IMG/VR virus record: IMGVR_UViG_3300035665_003403
Coordinates: 32,001 to 96,000 of that record
DNA: 64,000 nt
Source of the DNA: a virus
Reading direction: 5' to 3' (one strand)
In this document: positions 10,340 to 19,912 of the stretch, one piece after another
How positions within the stretch are numbered: position 1 is the stretch's first letter
How the letters are laid out: each line of letters opens with the position of its first letter
Notes under the pieces: model-generated
What the model was told of the DNA's origin: nothing
Seen by the model: only the letters and a program-made list of their open reading frames with translations
Databases searched by the model: none
Position numbers and translations under genes: made by a program

Positions 10340-10825
10340 CTAAACGTCCATTCCTTGTCTATAATTCACATGAACCAAAAATTTAGGTCCAAAATCTTTA
10401 ACAACAAAAGATAATTTACTATACGTGTTTGAATGACCATTATATCCACTACCACCATAACCATTCAAATACTCGTCCATATCTTCAACACTCATCCCCC
10501 TAAATGGTTCCCTTTTCTTTGGAATCAATAACCCAAATCTAACACTTAATCCTTCCACACTCTCATCCCATTCAATTGATTCTGGTCTAATAAACCCAAT
10601 CAACTCCCTATTGTTATCTAAGATAGAATTTCTAATGAAGTTTATTCTATCACCATCAACATCCTTGGGTGATATAGGCTCTTGAACAGATACATCCATC
10701 TTATTATAATAATCACGCTCCATGTCGTTATAATTATCAGCACTAAAACCCCTGTTCTCAAAATATCTAGATTCACATAATTTAGATACCATCTTTAATT
10801 TATTTAATTTGTCGGTTTTTCTCAT
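10340..10825 (-). CDS. Hypothetical protein
   Basis: 161-aa ORF with upstream ATATTTATT motif and downstream terminator. Confidence 0.6.
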   Translation of the reverse strand: MRKTDKLNKLKMVSKLCESRYFENRGFSADNYNDMERDYYNKMDVSVQEPISPKDVDGDRINFIRNSILDNNRELIGFIRPESIEWDESVEGLSVRFGLLIPKKREPFRGMSVEDMDEYLNGYGGSGYNGHSNTYSKLSFVVKDFGPKFLVHVNYRQGMDV

Positions 10826-10846
10826 ATTAATAAATATTTGACTTCT

Positions 10847-11542
10847 TTAAGAAGTTATAGTTAGTTTCTTATAATTTATAATTAAACTTATTATATTGAT
10901 GTTATTTAATGCATAATCTGATTTGCCAAAGTCAATAAATTTTATTACACAATCACCCAAAACATAACGGTCAACCAAAGCACCAGTAGGGTCTATAATT
11001 TCAATTTCTAACGAAAATTTCTTATTGGTTTCTAAATATGTAATTAGTTTATTAATGAAATTACCAGGTAAATCACGTATATTTAACTTAATATCAGAAT
11101 ACTTTCTTTTACGACTATAAGTAATCCCAAATATTTTTTTCTCTTCAATATAAATTATTGGTTTTTCTATTGATGAAATAGAGTAAGCTGGAATCGTCAA
11201 TTCTTCTGGTAAATTAACCAAAAACCTATTAGTTAGCTTAGGTTCAAAAACAATTGGTAATTTATTTAATAAACTTATCCTATCTGTTAATGGATTTTTT
11301 TTACCAGTTAATTTCTCATATTCCATATTTGGTTCACCAGTATGTTGGTCAAATAGTGGAATTTCATTTTTTTTCTTTTCTAAGAAATCATCTATTGATT
11401 TTGCATAGTTTTTATCTTCTAAAAATTTACTCTTAAAACTATTAATTGATAAATATCTTTTATTAGTTGGTGGTTGATTTCCGTGTAATGTAACACCTAA
11501 GAATTTATCTTTCGTAAATCCACTTAAATTTTTGTTTTCCAT
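10847..11542 (-). CDS. Divergent tail tube (gp19-like) paralogue with N-terminal extension
   Basis: FEPKLTNRFLVNLP...EIEIIDPTGALVDRYVLGDCVIKFIDFGKSDY aligns by eye with the tube protein's YEPLRKNRWLITFP...ELEMLDPTGVVVQKWLLDGTMLTNVSFGDLAM. Confidence 0.7.
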   Translation of the reverse strand: MENKNLSGFTKDKFLGVTLHGNQPPTNKRYLSINSFKSKFLEDKNYAKSIDDFLEKKKNEIPLFDQHTGEPNMEYEKLTGKKNPLTDRISLLNKLPIVFEPKLTNRFLVNLPEELTIPAYSISSIEKPIIYIEEKKIFGITYSRKRKYSDIKLNIRDLPGNFINKLITYLETNKKFSLEIEIIDPTGALVDRYVLGDCVIKFIDFGKSDYALNNINIISLIINYKKLTITS

Positions 11543-11593
11543 ATTATAACATTTATCTATAAATATGGAATAATTAGTTTTTTTTAGTAATAA

Positions 11594-12469
11594 TTAATTT
11601 AATAATTCTCGTTTTAACTCATTAATTACCCACTCAGTATTGTTATTTATATCTGACTCCCAAAATCTTAATAACTTAATATCGTTTTCTTCAGCTAATA
11701 AATTTTTTCGTATATCATTACCAACTGTTTTTATTTGTATTGGAAATGTTGGTATTTTGTGTTTTGTATTAGGATTACAATGATGGAAATCACCATCAAC
11801 CTCAATTAGTACATTATTTTTAATAATTAAAAAATCAAAAATAGCGTTACTTAATTGATGTTGGTATTTAAACTCGATATTTAAATCAACTAATATTTGT
11901 TCGAATCTTTCTTCCAATTTAGTTTTACTATTCCTGTAATTATTTTTAATTAATCTACTTATTAATCTTTCTGATTGTTTATTTCTTTCATCTACCTTCT
12001 CCCAACGCAATTTACTGAATTGTTTAATTTTAGCTATATGTTCATCACTCTTAGGAACACCACTTAATGCTTTTGATATGTTCTTACCACGCTCTGGGTT
12101 AGCCATAATTTTATTAATATTATCTCTAACCCTATCATCATCCATTGTTAATCCTTTATTCCAAACATTTAATTCACCATTTTCATGCATCTTTTTTTGA
12201 GTCTCATGTGATTTTCTTATAGCTTCTGGATTATGCCCCCAATTATTATTAACCCTAGATGCATGACCACGTACATAATCAACAAATCCTTTCTCAATAG
12301 ATAAAAAATTAGTTTTTTCACCACACCCACACTTGCACGTTGGTTGAACACCATCTAACTTATAGTCAATATATGTTTGCTCAGCACTAACTTTGTGCTT
12401 CTGAACACGATGTCTTCTTAATCCATCCAGTGTTTCAAATTCTCTATCACATTCTTTACATTTAAACAT
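11594..12469 (-). CDS. Putative homing endonuclease (C2H2 zinc finger, NUMOD3-like repeats, DUF559/Vsr-like nuclease)
   Basis: CKECDREF..LDGLRRHRVQKH; CKCGCGE; WNKGLT; KSDEHIAKI; FDFLI...LIEVDGDFHH...LLRFWESDI. Confidence 0.75.
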   Translation of the reverse strand: MFKCKECDREFETLDGLRRHRVQKHKVSAEQTYIDYKLDGVQPTCKCGCGEKTNFLSIEKGFVDYVRGHASRVNNNWGHNPEAIRKSHETQKKMHENGELNVWNKGLTMDDDRVRDNINKIMANPERGKNISKALSGVPKSDEHIAKIKQFSKLRWEKVDERNKQSERLISRLIKNNYRNSKTKLEERFEQILVDLNIEFKYQHQLSNAIFDFLIIKNNVLIEVDGDFHHCNPNTKHKIPTFPIQIKTVGNDIRKNLLAEENDIKLLRFWESDINNNTEWVINELKRELLN

Positions 12470-12502
12470 AAAAAAATCTTTTAATATACTTGTTATTTTT
12501 TA

Positions 12503-12532
12503 CAAATATACTAAAAGATTTTAATAAGTCAA
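12503..12532 (-). promoter_or_regulatory. Bacteroidota-type sigma-A promoter (TTG-N19-TATATTTG)
   Basis: Matches the -33 TTTG / -7 TAnnTTTG consensus, upstream of the endonuclease. Confidence 0.55.
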
Positions 12533-12593
12533 GTATTTGATAAACCAATTCTACTTTTGAATTATAAGTACTTGATAACCAAGTAAATAAAAA

Positions 12594-13082
12594 TCAAAAA
12601 AGTAATATAGCCCTATCAAATCTTAATGTTGCCGTGATTTCTGCGATACCGTCATCGTCCATAGCCAAGTCACCAAAGCTAACATTAGTAAGCATAGTAC
12701 CATCTAGAAGCCATTTTTGAACAACAACACCAGTTGGGTCAAGCATTTCAAGTTCCACAGGTCTTTTATAACCAACAGCATAACCTTGACGACCAGTAAT
12801 TGATTCACTATGTAAACGAACCCATTCCATAATTGCTTGTGTTGCAGAAGGACCAATTGGGTCTCTAAAAACAACATCGATTGCTTCCCATGTAAATCTA
12901 CCAATAACCCATGTTGATGTATTCAAGAATTGTATCTCAGTTTCATTTTGTGTTATTGATGGTCTAGACGCTGAAGACAGCCACCATTGCTGAATTCCCA
13001 AATCGGCAGGGAATGTTATTAACCATCTATTTTTCCTTAGAGGTTCGTAAGGTAATGGCATTTTAACTAATAAATCTGACAT
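12594..13082 (-). CDS. Tail tube protein (T4 gp19-like)
   Basis: 162 aa; RPSI...GRFTWEAIDVVFRDPIGPSATQAIMEWVR...GYKRPVELEMLDPTG..VQKW. Confidence 0.88.
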   Translation of the reverse strand: MSDLLVKMPLPYEPLRKNRWLITFPADLGIQQWWLSSASRPSITQNETEIQFLNTSTWVIGRFTWEAIDVVFRDPIGPSATQAIMEWVRLHSESITGRQGYAVGYKRPVELEMLDPTGVVVQKWLLDGTMLTNVSFGDLAMDDDGIAEITATLRFDRAILLF

Positions 13083-13168
13083 AGTTTTAAGTTTTTAATT
13101 GTATTTATTAGTATCTTTGTAAATACTAACGATTATTTAATGATAAATACAATAGAAAATAAAAAAAA

Positions 13169-14812
13169 ATGAATAAAGCTAATGAATTTATAAAAAAAGC
13201 TATTAAAAAATTTGGTGATAGGTATGATTATTCAGAAATGCAATATATTTCATCAATAGAAAAGATTAATATTAGATGCAATAAACATAATATCATTTTC
13301 AATCAACTACCTTCAGCACATTTACGTGGTCAGGTGGGATGTCCTGTATGTAAAAACAGAATAACTACAACAGAAGAATTAATAAGCAAAGCGAAAGAAA
13401 TTCATGGTGATAGATATGATTATTCCAATACAAAATATGTTGATTCAAAAACAAAGATTAAAATTATATGCAAAGAGCATGGTGAATATGAACAATACCC
13501 AAATAATCATCTGATAAATAATTGTCCTAAGTGTGTTATTAAAGCTAACGCAATTGGTAGGACATTAAATAGCCAATCATTCATCAATAAATCAATTTTA
13601 AAGCATGGTGATAAGTATGATTATAGCTTGGTTGATTACATTGATTCTAAGAGCAAGGTTAAGATTATATGCAAAGAGCATGGTGAATTTGAGCAAATAG
13701 CTAGTTCACATATTAGAGGCAAGGGGTGTGAACTATGTGGTATAGAATCCAGGAATTCAATGAGTAGACATACAAAAGAAATGTTTATCAGTAAGGCTAA
13801 TATAATCCACAATAACAAATATAGTTATGATTCACTTGTTTATAAAAATGGTGTATCCAAAGTACTTATAACTTGTAAAAAACATGGTGAATTTGAACAA
13901 TATGCTTATGACCATTTAACTGGTCATGGTTGTAGTAAATGTAGTTCATCTGTATCAAAACAAGAATTGGAATTAATTGAATTTATAAGTAGTTTAGGGT
14001 TAAAGGTAAAAACTAGAGATAAATCAATCATAAAGCCGATGGAATTGGATATATTTATTCCATCACATAATATCGCAATCGAATTCAATGGGTTATATTG
14101 GCATAATGAATTATTCTTGGATAAGAATTATCATTTGAATAAAACAATTCAATGTGAAGAAAACGGGATAAAGCTTATACATATATTTGAAGATGAGTGG
14201 GAGTTTAAAAAAGATATTGTTAAATCAAGGCTTAAGAATATACTTGGATTGACTGAAAATAAGATATTTGGTAGGAAATGTGAGGTAAGAATTGTTTCAC
14301 AAAAAGATGGTGAAATATTTTTAAATAACAATCATTTGCAAGGCAATGTAAATTCAAGTGTTAGGCTTGGATTATATTATGATGATGAATTGGTATCTTT
14401 GATGTGTTTTAACAAACCAAGATTAGGGGTTGGAATTGGTTATGATGGGCATGAACTTAGTAGGTTTTGTAACAAATTAGATATAAATGTTATTGGTGGT
14501 GCTTCTAAGTTATTATCTCATTTCATAAAAGATAATTCACCAAATAAGATTATTAGTTATGCTGATATGAGGTGGAGTACTGGTGATTTATATGATACCT
14601 TAGGTTTCATAGAGTCACATAAAAATAAGCCAAATTATTGGTATGTAGTTGGAAAACAACGTAAACATAGATTTGGGTTTAGAAAAGAAATTCTCAAGAA
14701 AAATGGTTTCGATACCACCAATAAAACTGAACATGAAATTATGCTTGAAAGGAAGATGTACAGGATATATGATTGTGGAACTATAACATATAGTAAATCA
14801 TTTGTTGATTAA
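13169..14812 (+). CDS. Hef-like homing endonuclease with four Zn-ribbon (DUF723/CapR-like) repeats
   Basis: Four copies of (H)GDxYDYS..Y....K..I.C..HG.F.Q....H..G.GC..C, then ELDIFIP...IAIEFNGLYWH and ELSRFC...VIGGASKLL...ISYADMRWS; opposite strand to the tail operon. Confidence 0.75.
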   Translation: MNKANEFIKKAIKKFGDRYDYSEMQYISSIEKINIRCNKHNIIFNQLPSAHLRGQVGCPVCKNRITTTEELISKAKEIHGDRYDYSNTKYVDSKTKIKIICKEHGEYEQYPNNHLINNCPKCVIKANAIGRTLNSQSFINKSILKHGDKYDYSLVDYIDSKSKVKIICKEHGEFEQIASSHIRGKGCELCGIESRNSMSRHTKEMFISKANIIHNNKYSYDSLVYKNGVSKVLITCKKHGEFEQYAYDHLTGHGCSKCSSSVSKQELELIEFISSLGLKVKTRDKSIIKPMELDIFIPSHNIAIEFNGLYWHNELFLDKNYHLNKTIQCEENGIKLIHIFEDEWEFKKDIVKSRLKNILGLTENKIFGRKCEVRIVSQKDGEIFLNNNHLQGNVNSSVRLGLYYDDELVSLMCFNKPRLGVGIGYDGHELSRFCNKLDINVIGGASKLLSHFIKDNSPNKIISYADMRWSTGDLYDTLGFIESHKNKPNYWYVVGKQRKHRFGFRKEILKKNGFDTTNKTEHEIMLERKMYRIYDCGTITYSKSFVD

Positions 14813-14828
14813 ACCTATATTTATATGT

Positions 14829-15893
14829 ATGAATTTATTTATAAAGAAGTTATTACGTGAGAATTTACAATTAGCTGATAAATTATACTTTAAAACAAAT
14901 AAGATATCTGAAGAAGGTAAAGATATCATCTTAAGTATAACCAATGGTGACAATACAACTAAAATAATTTCTGATATTTATTCAAATGTTAAGTTACATT
15001 CACACTTTGGTACTAAAAAATTTATAAACTATTTAAAAGATATTCATAATTCATTAGTTAACTACAATAAAAATGTTTTACCAATAGAAAATTTTGATTT
15101 ATACAAATCAAAAGGTGATGAATTATTTTCGTTATTTATTGAACGAATTAAATGTTTAAAAAAATTAAATAAACTACCAAAAGTTGCCATTAGAAATTTA
15201 AAAAACGATATTAGGTTAGAACGTGACTATAATGATTTTAGAACATTACTTAATGATATAGAATATATAACAACACATTTATCATTATTAAATAATAGAG
15301 ATAATTCAGCTAAAAATAAGATTTACAATAAATTATTTAAGAGTGATATAACATTCAGTAGACTAACTCAAATAATTGACGACAAGAAAAAATTAATTGG
15401 CGGTAATAAATTAACCCTTAAAGCAATAAAAGAGATTATTGATTCTGATGATGATTTACAGATAAAGTATTTTAAAAATAAAGTAATGGTTGTTGAGGTT
15501 GGGTCACCATATGCTATTAAAAAGATTGGATGTAATTCATTATGGTGTTTCACATATGATAATTCTAATTTTAATCATTTATGGAAACAATGGCATGATT
15601 ACTCAACAAATGAAATCTGTTACGTTATCATTGATTTTAAACAATCTAGTGATAGTTTAGATTTTATGCATGTATTAGTTAGTCCATTAGAAAGTGAAGA
15701 AACTTATAATACAGATGATTTTGATGCCCACACACCATTATATTCTATGGATAATGAAAATATATACAACCCATATGGTGTATTATATGATTTAGTTGGT
15801 AAAGATAATATTGATAAGATTTTCACATTTGATTATGAAACTGAACCAATCAACGAAACCCAAATATTATTAAGACTTGGGCTGGTTTATTAA
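14829..15893 (+). CDS. Hypothetical protein with MNLFIKKLLRE leader
   Basis: ATG at 14829 follows ATATTTATA (14817-14825); contains GCNSLWCF. Confidence 0.6.
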   Translation: MNLFIKKLLRENLQLADKLYFKTNKISEEGKDIILSITNGDNTTKIISDIYSNVKLHSHFGTKKFINYLKDIHNSLVNYNKNVLPIENFDLYKSKGDELFSLFIERIKCLKKLNKLPKVAIRNLKNDIRLERDYNDFRTLLNDIEYITTHLSLLNNRDNSAKNKIYNKLFKSDITFSRLTQIIDDKKKLIGGNKLTLKAIKEIIDSDDDLQIKYFKNKVMVVEVGSPYAIKKIGCNSLWCFTYDNSNFNHLWKQWHDYSTNEICYVIIDFKQSSDSLDFMHVLVSPLESEETYNTDDFDAHTPLYSMDNENIYNPYGVLYDLVGKDNIDKIFTFDYETEPINETQILLRLGLVY

Positions 15894-16268
15894 GTTTTTA
15901 ACTTGAACCAATAAGTATTCAAAGAAATATGTAAACGCTTCATGGTTATTGGCTTTTATCTTAACACCAACATGGTCAAGTATTGCCCATGTTAAGTGAA
16001 TCAATTCATGTTCAACGGTAGTATTATTATGCTTAAGCAATTCATTTGAGTTAATAAACATAAAGAATCTATTTTTAAGCATTCCTTCAAATTTATATGA
16101 TGTTTCCCATTGGAACCCTCTAGCGTCATTTGCTAAGTCTAATGTATCTTCATTATCAAACTCATCATTTATATGTTGTATTGCTTCTATACATGAATCA
16201 TGAAATATAACAAAAACGTCTTGATTATATATCGATGTATCTATTTTATGATGAGTTATTTTTGTCAT
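15870..16268 (-). CDS. Small HEXXH zinc-metallopeptidase-like protein
   Basis: VEHELIHL followed by NHEAFTY (candidate third ligand). Confidence 0.5.
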   Translation of the reverse strand: MTKITHHKIDTSIYNQDVFVIFHDSCIEAIQHINDEFDNEDTLDLANDARGFQWETSYKFEGMLKNRFFMFINSNELLKHNNTTVEHELIHLTWAILDHVGVKIKANNHEAFTYFFEYLLVQVKNLINQPKS

Positions 16269-16675
16269 TTGTTTAAGTTAAGAACTGTTGTTATATCTAA
16301 TCTATCTTTGATATTTGATTCCTTAGCCAATGAATTAAATGTGGAAACCAATTTATTTGCATTTTTACTCATAAAAGATTTAGGGTCTTTCACACCCAAG
16401 ATTTCCATAGCATCAAATAATTCATCCAATTGAGATTCATCTTCAAGCATATTTTTTATCTTAGACATGATTTTAGGGTTAGTAATGGCTTTATTTGATA
16501 ATTCCAAGTTATGACCACTCTGATTAAATTTGGTGCCATTAACGGCTTTATTTAGAATCAAACCGATTCCCAAGATACATTCTTTTTTACTCTCAGTAAT
16601 TAAAGTCTTAAACTTTAAATTATATTCAAATAGTTTTTCTTGTTGTGATTCAGTTATAATCAAAGTCTTTTTCAT
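16265..16675 (-). CDS. Hypothetical protein with MKKTLIITESQ leader
   Basis: 136 aa; ATATTTATA immediately upstream. Confidence 0.6.
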   Translation of the reverse strand: MKKTLIITESQQEKLFEYNLKFKTLITESKKECILGIGLILNKAVNGTKFNQSGHNLELSNKAITNPKIMSKIKNMLEDESQLDELFDAMEILGVKDPKSFMSKNANKLVSTFNSLAKESNIKDRLDITTVLNLNK

Positions 16676-16701
16676 ATTATATAAATATCATTTTAATAAA
16701 C

Positions 16702-16735
16702 AAAAAACCCCATACTGAAAAGTATAGGGTTTTTT
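16702..16735. terminator. Bidirectional-type intrinsic terminator after the sheath gene
   Basis: AAAAAACCCCATACT-GAAA-AGTATAGGGTTTTTT. Confidence 0.8.
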
Positions 16736-16752
16736 AACGTTAAGGTTATCGA

Positions 16753-19596
16753 TTAAATATCATCGAATGAAGCCCCAGCGTTTGTTAGTACGAAGTCAAT
16801 CTTTATAAACTCTAGTGAACGAGTTGGTTTCAACCAAATAGTTGCATTCAATTCATTTCTATCCAAGTCTTCTGGTGCATCAGATATAGCCACTCTAAAG
16901 TCAATAAGACCTCTTTGTGTTCTAATATTATTAAGGATTGGGTTAACCATAGCTAAGAATTGGCTTCTAACTACTGAATCATTTTGTTCGAAGATAAGTC
17001 TTAAACAAGCTGATGAAATCAACTTTCTAGTTTGCAATAAAAGTCTTCTAACATTTATTCTATTAAGGGCTGTTTCATTAACTTGAAGTGTTTTATTACC
17101 CCAAATCTTAATACCTTCAGTATTGAATGTGAATATTGGGTTAACTCTAGCATCCAAAAGAGTTTCATTTTCACCAACTGTTAATTTCTTTCTTGCTTTG
17201 ATAGCATCCACGTTACCTCTTTGAAGACCAGCAACTGCGAACCAAGAATAAGATATATTATCAGTCAAAGCTATGTTTCTAACAACATCTCTTGTTGGTG
17301 GAACGTACACATAAGCATTATTTTCAGAATCCAATATTTGAATCCAAGGCCAATATGTTGCTGTGTAGCTACTATCATATAAACCATCAAGTGAATCTGC
17401 AACATCAGCTGCTGATATAACATCACCACTAGCATCTGTATCTGGTGTTGTAACGATATAAAGTGAGTCACTTCTATCATCTTGAATCATATCGATTGTA
17501 GCTTCAACCAAGTTACTATTATCGAATGTATCGATACCTGGTGTAGCCAATACGTTAATATTTATAGCTTCAGGGTTATTAAACGTCCAAATTGCTTCAA
17601 GGTAAGCATAGTAATCGGATGTGATACCTAAATCACCATTTGTAAGTGTTCTATTTGCGAATGTATCAACCAATAGACCAGCAGCACCTTTAGTTCCATT
17701 TATCGTATATGAATCTTGGTTACTTCTTCTAGTTCTATAGATATCCCATCCATCAAAACCACCATAAGGTGCCATTGTGAATTTACGAGCATAAATTTTC
17801 TCATAAGGAGTATTTAGTAATCCAGCTTCAGTTCTAAATTCAGCATCACCAGTATCAAATAAGAATATTGGTGAGTAAGTACCTCCACTTGAGTTAATTA
17901 CTATTTCAACACCATCAATAGTTGCTCCTGTAGCATCGATATCCATGTGGAATCCTTTTGTTAATCCAGTCCACATATCTAAAGTAGAACTTTCTGGTTT
18001 TCCTTTGTAATCAAAGAAGTCAGCATCAATACCGATAGTATTTGATAAACCTAAATAATATTTTCTTTTGTTTTCAAAAGCACTATAAGATGTTTTATAA
18101 GTGATTGATGGAGAAAGAACTGATGAATTACCATTTTCATTATAATCTCTAACTGGATACCCAATAAACCCAGCAGGGAATGCTTCACTTATATCATTTT
18201 CAGTATCAAATTCAACTAAAACATATAAAGATTTTGAAGCATATTCACCATCTAACGTACCTATTTTCTTACCAATATAATTATTAGATTCTGGGTCTAA
18301 TGTACATCTAGTAAAGCTTTCCAACACTTGAATATTAGCATCAGTATCATAGAATCCTCTAACAATAACATCAAACTCTTTTGTATCTGGTTTAATATTA
18401 GTGATTGATATCTTAAACTGCTCATTTGCCGCATTACCATCAGAAATTGTCCAAAACCTGAATAATCTAAGAACTTTATTACCTCTTAATTCTGATACAA
18501 CATATGGTGTAACAGCTGGAGCAAATTCCACCAAATAATCATCAAATTTATTACTATAATTAATAGGTGTTAAGTTAACACCTCTAACTTTTTCATCATC
18601 ATTGTAATTTTCGAACATTTCTGAATAGAATTCTTCAACAAACAATGCTGTTTTACCATCTTGGGCACCTCTACCTAAAACCTTAGGTAAGTAATTTCTT
18701 TTTGTTTTATCCAAAGATAATCCATAACTAAACGCACCTTGTGTTGTTGATGCTCCTGTTAATGTGAAGTCACCTAATGGATTTGTTGTAGCACCAGTAA
18801 CTGATGGGTTAAACCCAACTCCAGTAGCACCAGTAACTTCAAAATCAACCAATTGTGTTGTTTGATTAACAGTTCCTCTAGACCTTAATAAGGCTACCAA
18901 TTTATTTTCAACATCAGAATAAGATGTACCAGAATAAAAAGTTGTAACACCACTTGTTGTTCCAGTTAAATATGAACCACTTGTACCAGTAGATATAACA
19001 TTCAACGTAAATGAAACACCACTAAAGTTATCACCAGTTTTTAAATAATATGGTGATATTGATGAAGTTGTACCAGTATTTGATACACCCAAGAAAGCTA
19101 ATTGGTCTGTTAAAGTACCATTATTTATTAATGATTGAATCAATGAAACACTTGAAGAAACTACCACGTTTGTTCCACCAGTAGTTGCACTATAAGTTAT
19201 CAATGATGCAACATTTGTTGGGCCACTTGTAATACCATATGTACTATTATCCATAGCTGCATCTAATGTAATACCCCATGCTAAACCAGCGTCATAACCA
19301 GAATAACCTAATACTCTAGTTACAAATAATTGATTTGATTGACTAAGATAAGATTTAGCAATATATGCCAATTCATATTTAGGGGCACCAGTATCTTTTA
19401 TTAACGTATTATCTAAACCACCAAAAAATGATTGGAATTCATTATAATTGCTAATGAATATAGGTTGAAACGCTGGTCCAATTGTTGTTTCACCAACCAA
19501 ACCTAATGTTGTAACACCAACTTGACGGGCTACATATGTTAAGTCTCTTTCTGATGTGTAAATACCTGGACTTACGAATACTCTTGATTCTGACAT
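16753..19596 (-). CDS. Tail sheath protein (gp18-like)
   Basis: FVSPGIYTSERD...GLVGETTIGPAFQP; YTATYWPW; WFAVAGLQRG; IWGNKTLQ..ALNRINVRRLL; KPTRSLEFI. Confidence 0.95.
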   Translation of the reverse strand: MSESRVFVSPGIYTSERDLTYVARQVGVTTLGLVGETTIGPAFQPIFISNYNEFQSFFGGLDNTLIKDTGAPKYELAYIAKSYLSQSNQLFVTRVLGYSGYDAGLAWGITLDAAMDNSTYGITSGPTNVASLITYSATTGGTNVVVSSSVSLIQSLINNGTLTDQLAFLGVSNTGTTSSISPYYLKTGDNFSGVSFTLNVISTGTSGSYLTGTTSGVTTFYSGTSYSDVENKLVALLRSRGTVNQTTQLVDFEVTGATGVGFNPSVTGATTNPLGDFTLTGASTTQGAFSYGLSLDKTKRNYLPKVLGRGAQDGKTALFVEEFYSEMFENYNDDEKVRGVNLTPINYSNKFDDYLVEFAPAVTPYVVSELRGNKVLRLFRFWTISDGNAANEQFKISITNIKPDTKEFDVIVRGFYDTDANIQVLESFTRCTLDPESNNYIGKKIGTLDGEYASKSLYVLVEFDTENDISEAFPAGFIGYPVRDYNENGNSSVLSPSITYKTSYSAFENKRKYYLGLSNTIGIDADFFDYKGKPESSTLDMWTGLTKGFHMDIDATGATIDGVEIVINSSGGTYSPIFLFDTGDAEFRTEAGLLNTPYEKIYARKFTMAPYGGFDGWDIYRTRRSNQDSYTINGTKGAAGLLVDTFANRTLTNGDLGITSDYYAYLEAIWTFNNPEAININVLATPGIDTFDNSNLVEATIDMIQDDRSDSLYIVTTPDTDASGDVISAADVADSLDGLYDSSYTATYWPWIQILDSENNAYVYVPPTRDVVRNIALTDNISYSWFAVAGLQRGNVDAIKARKKLTVGENETLLDARVNPIFTFNTEGIKIWGNKTLQVNETALNRINVRRLLLQTRKLISSACLRLIFEQNDSVVRSQFLAMVNPILNNIRTQRGLIDFRVAISDAPEDLDRNELNATIWLKPTRSLEFIKIDFVLTNAGASFDDI

Positions 19597-19693
19597 AATT
19601 TTATTTTCTTAATTTTTAATTTATTTTAAGCTCTGCTTAGTTATAAATATTAAGAAATAAATGAAAGTATTCTTTACTTTTTAAAAAATTTAA

Positions 19694-19909
19694 TTAATGA
19701 CCATAAATATAATCAATCAACTCTTGTATGGTATTAAATTTATTCCCATCAATTATCATATCAATAGTTAATACCCTGATTGAATTATCCAATTCAACAT
19801 GAGCCATATACTCATCGATTATTTCAAATCCATTTTCGTATAGTGAATATGTGAATGGTAAAAACTCACCATCCATAATTACTCCACCTTGTGTACTTTG
19901 ATTACTCAT
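19694..19909 (-). CDS. Small hypothetical protein (possible fibre chaperone)
   Basis: 71 aa, directly after a fibre-like gene. Confidence 0.5.
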   Translation of the reverse strand: MSNQSTQGGVIMDGEFLPFTYSLYENGFEIIDEYMAHVELDNSIRVLTIDMIIDGNKFNTIQELIDYIYGH

Positions 19910-19912
19910 AAA

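Noticed and set aside
3153-10343. Many short plus-strand ORFs opposite tail genes (and similar shadow ORFs elsewhere)
   Set aside because: Antisense shadows of real genes with no motifs or start context.
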